Positions 57,585-62,186 of a stretch of 62,186 nt of DNA are shown here, piece by piece. The DNA lies in assembly GCA_002337925.1 (NCBI GenBank), contig DDHB01000003.1:1-62186 (forward strand), read 5' to 3'. The notes below the pieces were generated by a model. It did not search any database. It was not told where the DNA came from and saw nothing but the letters and a program-made list of their open reading frames with translations. This stretch comes from Sporomusaceae bacterium UBA1887 (GTDB lineage: Bacteria > Bacillota > Negativicutes > Sporomusales > DSM-15969). The position numbers were made by a program, and so were the translations under genes. The first letter of the stretch is position 1. Every line of letters starts with the position of its first letter.

Positions 57585-58862
57585 ATGCTTGATATTCGTT
57601 TTATCCGCGACAATACTGATAAAGTTGAGCAAGCTCTTGCTAACCGCGGTGCAGCCGTTGGTTTGGAGGAGTTTCTTCGTCTGGAAAAAGAGCGCCGTGA
57701 GCTGCTGCAGCAGGTGGAATTGCTAAAAAGCAAGCGCAACGCTGTATCCCAAGAAATTAGCCAAATGAAAAAAAGTGGACAGAACGCAGACGCAATGATT
57801 GTTGAAATGCGCGGTGTTGGTGATTCTATCGGTCAGCTGGACGGCAAAATACGTGATGTAGAGACGGCTTTAGCCGATATTGTGATGACGATTCCCAATG
57901 TGCCTCATGAATCGGTGCCTGTTGGCAAAGATGAAAACGCTAATAAAGAAGTACGCCAATGGGGAACGCCTGTCTCTTTTGACTTTGAGCCGCTGCCACA
58001 CTGGGAAATTGGTGAAAAACTGGGGATTCTTGATTTTGAACGAGGCGGTAAGGTGACCGGAGCTCGGTTTACATTTTACCGTGGTTTGGGTTCAAGGCTG
58101 GAACGGTCCCTTATCAGCTTCATGCTGGATTTACATACCGGTGAACATGGCTATACTGAATTTTTCCCGCCGTTCATCGTGAACCGCGATAGTATGATGG
58201 GGACAGGGCAACTGCCAAAATTCAGTCAGGATATGTTCAAGCTTGAAGGGTTGGACTACTATCTTATTCCTACTGCGGAAGTGCCGATCACTAATTATCA
58301 TCGTCAGGAAATTTTAGATGCCAAGGATTTGCCGCTTTGCTATACTGCTTACAGCGCCTGTTTTCGTGCAGAAGCTGGAGCAGCCGGGCGGGATACCCGC
58401 GGACTCATCCGTCAGCACCAATTCAATAAGGTAGAAATGGTTAAATTCAGCGCACCTGAAGAATCCTATAATGAGCTTGAGAAGCTGACGGCTAATGCCG
58501 AACGCGTATTGCAGCTCTTGGGGCTGCCTTATCGGGTAATGTTGTTGTGCAGTGGTGATATGGGATTTGCCTCTGCTAAAACTTATGATTTGGAAGTCTG
58601 GCTGCCGAGCTTTAATAAATACCGGGAAATATCGTCGTGCTCGAATTTTGAAGACTACCAGGCACGCAGGGCAGACATCAAATTCCGCCGCGAGCCTAAA
58701 GCAAAACCGGAATTTGTGCATACTTTGAATGGCTCCGGTGTAGCAATAGGGCGAACTGTTGCTGCGATACTGGAAAATTACCAGCAGCCGGACGGATCAG
58801 TCGTCATCCCTGAAGTATTGAGACGCTATATGGGAACGGATGTTATAAAGGGCTATAAATAA
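57585..58862 (+). CDS. serS: Serine--tRNA ligase
   Basis: [42 protein letters not shown]. Confidence 0.97.
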   Translation: MLDIRFIRDNTDKVEQALANRGAAVGLEEFLRLEKERRELLQQVELLKSKRNAVSQEISQMKKSGQNADAMIVEMRGVGDSIGQLDGKIRDVETALADIVMTIPNVPHESVPVGKDENANKEVRQWGTPVSFDFEPLPHWEIGEKLGILDFERGGKVTGARFTFYRGLGSRLERSLISFMLDLHTGEHGYTEFFPPFIVNRDSMMGTGQLPKFSQDMFKLEGLDYYLIPTAEVPITNYHRQEILDAKDLPLCYTAYSACFRAEAGAAGRDTRGLIRQHQFNKVEMVKFSAPEESYNELEKLTANAERVLQLLGLPYRVMLLCSGDMGFASAKTYDLEVWLPSFNKYREISSCSNFEDYQARRADIKFRREPKAKPEFVHTLNGSGVAIGRTVAAILENYQQPDGSVVIPEVLRRYMGTDVIKGYK

Positions 58863-58873
58863 CAGTAATGACG

Positions 58874-58910
58874 ATAAAAGCAGGCATCAATAGCTGATGC
58901 CTGCTTTTAT
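58874..58910 (+). terminator. Intrinsic terminator
   Basis: ATAAAAGCAGGCATCA/TGATGCCTGCTTTTAT. Confidence 0.85.
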
Positions 58911-59008
58911 GAGTTTTTTTGCCGAAAAAGGCAGGAAAATTTTAGAATATATTGAATAATACTATATGTCGATATCTAGAATTTATAGATTTGTAAATGT
59001 GCAAAGAG

Positions 59009-59030
59009 TAAGCCAGTGTAAACTGGCTTA
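59009..59030 (-). terminator. Probable terminator of the small ORF
   Basis: TAAGCCAGT/ACTGGCTTA followed on the minus strand by CTCTTT. Confidence 0.5.
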
Positions 59031-59057
59031 AGAGGGGATCTGCATGTATCTTTACCA

Positions 59058-59147
59058 TTAGTCAATCATGTAGTCAGGTGAGAAGGTAGCGTAGAAGAAC
59101 CAGTATCCGTAGAGCACGTCTAAATCGTCTAATGCAACTGAAGTCAT
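59058..59147 (-). CDS. 29-aa small protein MTSVALDDLDVLYGYWFFYATFSPDYMID
   Basis: AAAGGAGGAG RBS, own promoter and downstream hairpin. Confidence 0.6.
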   Translation of the reverse strand: MTSVALDDLDVLYGYWFFYATFSPDYMID

Positions 59148-59171
59148 CGTTACTCCTCCTTTGCAAATTTT

Positions 59172-59264
59172 AAACAAAGAAGCCTCCACATCAATGGATG
59201 TGAAGGCGTCATTGCCTACGTATGAGATTGATTTCATTGTACTAAAGGAATGGATCTGTGTCAA
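59172..59264 (-). promoter_or_regulatory. sigmaA promoter and terminator-containing leader of the small ORF
   Basis: TTGACA-N17-TACAAT; GCCTTCACATC/GATGTGGAGGC followed by TTCTTTGTTT. Confidence 0.65.
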
Positions 59265-59440
59265 TATTTGAATTCTTATTTTATTAAGTATTTTCTGGAA
59301 AATCGACATCATAAAATTCTATTATAGGATTATAGTGGAAATTTATTTTATGCTGTTTTTTAAAGGACTTTATCTAAAATTCAGCGAAGCTTAAAGCGGA
59401 AGCTAATCTAAGCAGGAAAAGTAAAAGGAGGAATTATTTT

Positions 59441-61129
59441 ATGCGCTTTACAATTGGGAAACAAATTCTTACAGCTTCTCTGTTAGTTGTATTGGCCTTT
59501 ACTGGTCTTAATTTGTATACATATTACCAATTGCAAGTAATTGAGCAAGGTTATGACGGAGTGATTCAACGCAGCGTTCCTTTAGTAGTGGAAGTAAAAA
59601 ATCTTAATGTAGAAGTAAAGAGTCAAGCAGCTGCTGTCCGGGGATATATCATCAGTGGTGATAAAAAGTACGTTGCTGATTATGAACAATCTAGTAAGCT
59701 GATTAAGACGACTATGGACAGCCTTGAGAAAAAACTGATTACACCGGAAGGCAAGGAAAAAGTAACCGCATTGCGTAATGCGCTGGCCGAATACCACAGG
59801 GTTGCGGATCAAACCATTGTTACCCGTGCAGAGAAGGGTTTGGAAGCGTCTGCGCTAGTGATGAATACCGCGAAAGAGAAGAATGAAATAGCAGAAAAGC
59901 TGATGGTTGATACAGTTGTGTTTCTCACTGAGCGAATGGATTTGAGAACAGAGCAGAATAAAGCCCTAGCCGATAGTATCGAGCGGGTTATCATCATTCT
60001 AGATGCTATTATTTTGGTGTGTGCGATTGCTGGCTCAACCTGGCTGATGCGGCGCATATCCCGTCCGCTGGCAGATGTTGTTGCGGCGGCCCATGATATA
60101 GCTGATGGAGATCTGCAGGTTAAGCAAATTGCCTATAGAGGAAATGACGAAATTGCTGACTTGCTAAAGGCTTTTACCCATATGGCCAAGAATTTGCAGG
60201 ACATTGTCACTCAGGTCTCCCGTTCTGCCGAGCAAGTGGCGGCAGCTAGTGAACAATTGACTGCAAGTGCGGATCAATCGGCACTTGCAGCAGGGCAAGT
60301 GGCAGAAACAATAACCTCAGTAGCAGCTGGAGCTTATACGCAAGGGACAACAGTGGAGCATACCTCCGATATTGTACAGGAAATGGCAAGGGCAATCGGG
60401 CACATTGCTGAGAATTCAAGCAACGTATCAGCCAGATCTGCGGAAACCAGCAGGGCTGCAACAATCGGCAGCCAGGCTATGCAGCAGGCCACCGATCAGA
60501 TGCAGGCGATTAACCGCTCGGTCAGCCAGTCGGCTGAAGTAGTAAGCAAACTTGGGGAAAGCTCAAAACAGATCGGTGAAATTGTAGATGTCATCAGCGG
60601 AATTGCCGGGCAGACTAATTTGTTGGCTCTTAATGCTGCTATTGAGGCTGCGCGGGCTGGTGAACAGGGTCGAGGGTTTGCCGTTGTTGCTGATGAAGTA
60701 CGAAAGCTGGCGGAACAATCCCATGAAGCAGCGCAAAAGATTGCGCATATTGTGCGTGAGATACAGACAGAAACGACCAGTGTTGTTACTGTTATGCAGC
60801 AAGGGACGGTTGACGTCGCTCGTGGCAGTGATGTCATCATTTCGACGGGTGAGCGCTTCACTGCTATTGTGAATTTGGTTGAACACCTAAATTCAGAAAT
60901 ACAGGAAATCAGCGCGGCGTCTGAACAACTATCAGCATCAAGTGAAGAAGTGGTTAAATCGGTAGATTCGGTAAAACATTTGGCCGGTGAGACGGCAGCC
61001 AATACACAGACAATATCTGCTGCGGCAGAGGAACAATCGGCTTCAATGGAAGAGATAGCAGCTTCCAGTCAAGCTTTGTCAAGCCTGGCTGATGAACTGC
61101 AGATGGTTGTTCGCAGGTTTAAAATATAA
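59441..61129 (+). CDS. Methyl-accepting chemotaxis protein (four-helix/CHASE3-like sensor)
   Basis: Two TM helices, RGYII.GD..Y, HAMP, MCP signature. Confidence 0.95.
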   Translation: MRFTIGKQILTASLLVVLAFTGLNLYTYYQLQVIEQGYDGVIQRSVPLVVEVKNLNVEVKSQAAAVRGYIISGDKKYVADYEQSSKLIKTTMDSLEKKLITPEGKEKVTALRNALAEYHRVADQTIVTRAEKGLEASALVMNTAKEKNEIAEKLMVDTVVFLTERMDLRTEQNKALADSIERVIIILDAIILVCAIAGSTWLMRRISRPLADVVAAAHDIADGDLQVKQIAYRGNDEIADLLKAFTHMAKNLQDIVTQVSRSAEQVAAASEQLTASADQSALAAGQVAETITSVAAGAYTQGTTVEHTSDIVQEMARAIGHIAENSSNVSARSAETSRAATIGSQAMQQATDQMQAINRSVSQSAEVVSKLGESSKQIGEIVDVISGIAGQTNLLALNAAIEAARAGEQGRGFAVVADEVRKLAEQSHEAAQKIAHIVREIQTETTSVVTVMQQGTVDVARGSDVIISTGERFTAIVNLVEHLNSEIQEISAASEQLSASSEEVVKSVDSVKHLAGETAANTQTISAAAEEQSASMEEIAASSQALSSLADELQMVVRRFKI

Positions 61130-61139
61130 TAGTTAAGAT

Positions 61140-61175
61140 AAAAGCTTCACTGCTCACAAAGCAGTGAAGCTTTTT
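61140..61175 (+). terminator. Intrinsic terminator
   Basis: AAAAGCTTCACTGCT/AGCAGTGAAGCTTTT. Confidence 0.85.
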
Positions 61176-61326
61176 CTATACTGAAAGTACAGGCATTATG
61201 CCGACAGACAATTGGATTATTATTCCTTTCTGATTTATCTTAGCTATTGCAAAGGAAGAATTAATAGTTTGTCGAACATAAACAAGTACGTTAATGCTAA
61301 TTTGATGTGTACTTGTGAGGCTTGAT

Positions 61327-62186
61327 ATGAAAAAGCTAGATAAGCGGTATCGCTGTAAACCGCTATTGAAATGTATTCCTCGAAAAGCCAATGCTGCAGT
61401 ATTGTATCAGGCTGCTCTTGGTTTGCTTAATCGTTTAGAGATGAACATTCTCCTGGAACTGATTGTTAAAAGAGCTGCCAATTTAGTTGGAGCTCCTAAT
61501 GGATACTACAACACAGTTGATCTTGATCGTGGTTTGATGACCAGAAAAGCTGGCGTAGGTATCTATCAAACGGATATTGGCCGGACAATGAGCGTGAATC
61601 AAGGGCTTATCAAACAAACGATTCAAACAGGACAGGTCGCAGTGATCGGTAATTATAGCGCATGGGCGGAGCGATTAGAAGATCCTTTTTTTGATACGAT
61701 CCATTCAGAGATGCAGATTCCGATAAAAATTGATTCTATTGTTGTCGGTGTACTGGGCTTATCCTTTACAGAGGCCGGTCAAACCTTTACCAGCTATGAT
61801 ATTGCTCTTTTTGAACAATTTTCTATTATCGCTTCTATTGCGATCGATAATGCAATGCTGTATTCAATGGCAAAGCATGAAATACAAGAGCGAGAGAAGA
61901 CGCAGACTCATTTGCTGCATATTACCGAGAATATGCATGATATTATTTGTAAAGTGAATACAGAGGGAATTGTAGAATATATAACCGGTTCATCTAAAAA
62001 ACTGATCGGGTATGAACCGGGTATTTTGTGCGGAACCTGCTTTCTAGAGTATGTTTACCCGGAAGATCTGGACAAAATCCGTGAGACGTTTTTTTCGTTC
62101 TTGGCAAGTGGCGAGCCAAGTGTTTATTGCCATAGGCACTTGTCGGCAGCCGGCGGTGAAGTATGGCTGGAAAGCGTCGGTGAACG
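61327..62186 (+). CDS. GAF-PAS sensory protein, 3'-truncated (absent from the ORF track)
   Basis: Open frame from ATG 61327 to the window end; GAF-like (VGVLGL...ASIAIDNAMLY) then PAS-like (DIIC.V..EG...Y...VYPED). Confidence 0.85.
   Translation, partial: MKKLDKRYRCKPLLKCIPRKANAAVLYQAALGLLNRLEMNILLELIVKRAANLVGAPNGYYNTVDLDRGLMTRKAGVGIYQTDIGRTMSVNQGLIKQTIQTGQVAVIGNYSAWAERLEDPFFDTIHSEMQIPIKIDSIVVGVLGLSFTEAGQTFTSYDIALFEQFSIIASIAIDNAMLYSMAKHEIQEREKTQTHLLHITENMHDIICKVNTEGIVEYITGSSKKLIGYEPGILCGTCFLEYVYPEDLDKIRETFFSFLASGEPSVYCHRHLSAAGGEVWLESVGE

Noticed and set aside
59200..59230. Fluoride or NiCo riboswitch (AGGCAATGAC)
   Set aside because: Only a short word matches; the remaining aptamer stems are absent.
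59044..59271. Plus-strand frame with four in-frame TAG codons as a pyrrolysine-rich peptide
   Set aside because: The TAGs are the antisense of C-TA junctions in the minus-strand small ORF; no independent support.
1..62186. Numerous short nested or antisense ORFs in the track; prophage, transposase, rRNA, tRNA or defence genes
   Set aside because: The nested ORFs are shadows of well-supported genes, and I found no motifs for the other classes.

Overview
Chromosomal window (~45% GC by eye) from a spore-forming Negativicute, most likely Sporomusa or a close Sporomusaceae relative. The assignment is inferred from the ArsA/ArsB-like CobT pair, sigmaH/sigmaK-type promoters and gene content. In order it holds: a partial MCP, a GGCT-family protein and a Na+/solute symporter; a divergent locus of four GT-A glycosyltransferases (three with TPR-like tails) plus OsmC facing a 9-residue-repeat DUF6385-type protein and a DNRLRE-DUF6385-type protein; a cobalamin-riboswitch-controlled arsAB-like pair; a sugar ABC transporter; pgm; atoSC-atoDAE with two sigma54 promoters; a TRAP/two-component/uxaB-uxaA-eda-kdgK-kduI-kduD hexuronate cluster without uxaC; ilvC and menG; serC behind a partly duplicated Ser T-box; a TrxB-like protein without the NADPH motif; an HD-GYP protein; serS behind a non-T-box attenuator; a 29-codon orphan gene with its own promoter and attenuator; an MCP; and a partial GAF-PAS protein. 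Several long-hairpin MITE/REP-like elements occur. I saw no rRNA, tRNA, CRISPR array, prophage or transposase. The best candidate for an undescribed system is the putative sigmaK-driven spore-surface glyco-fibre locus at 3820-13021. All family calls come from motif recognition by eye, not database searches.
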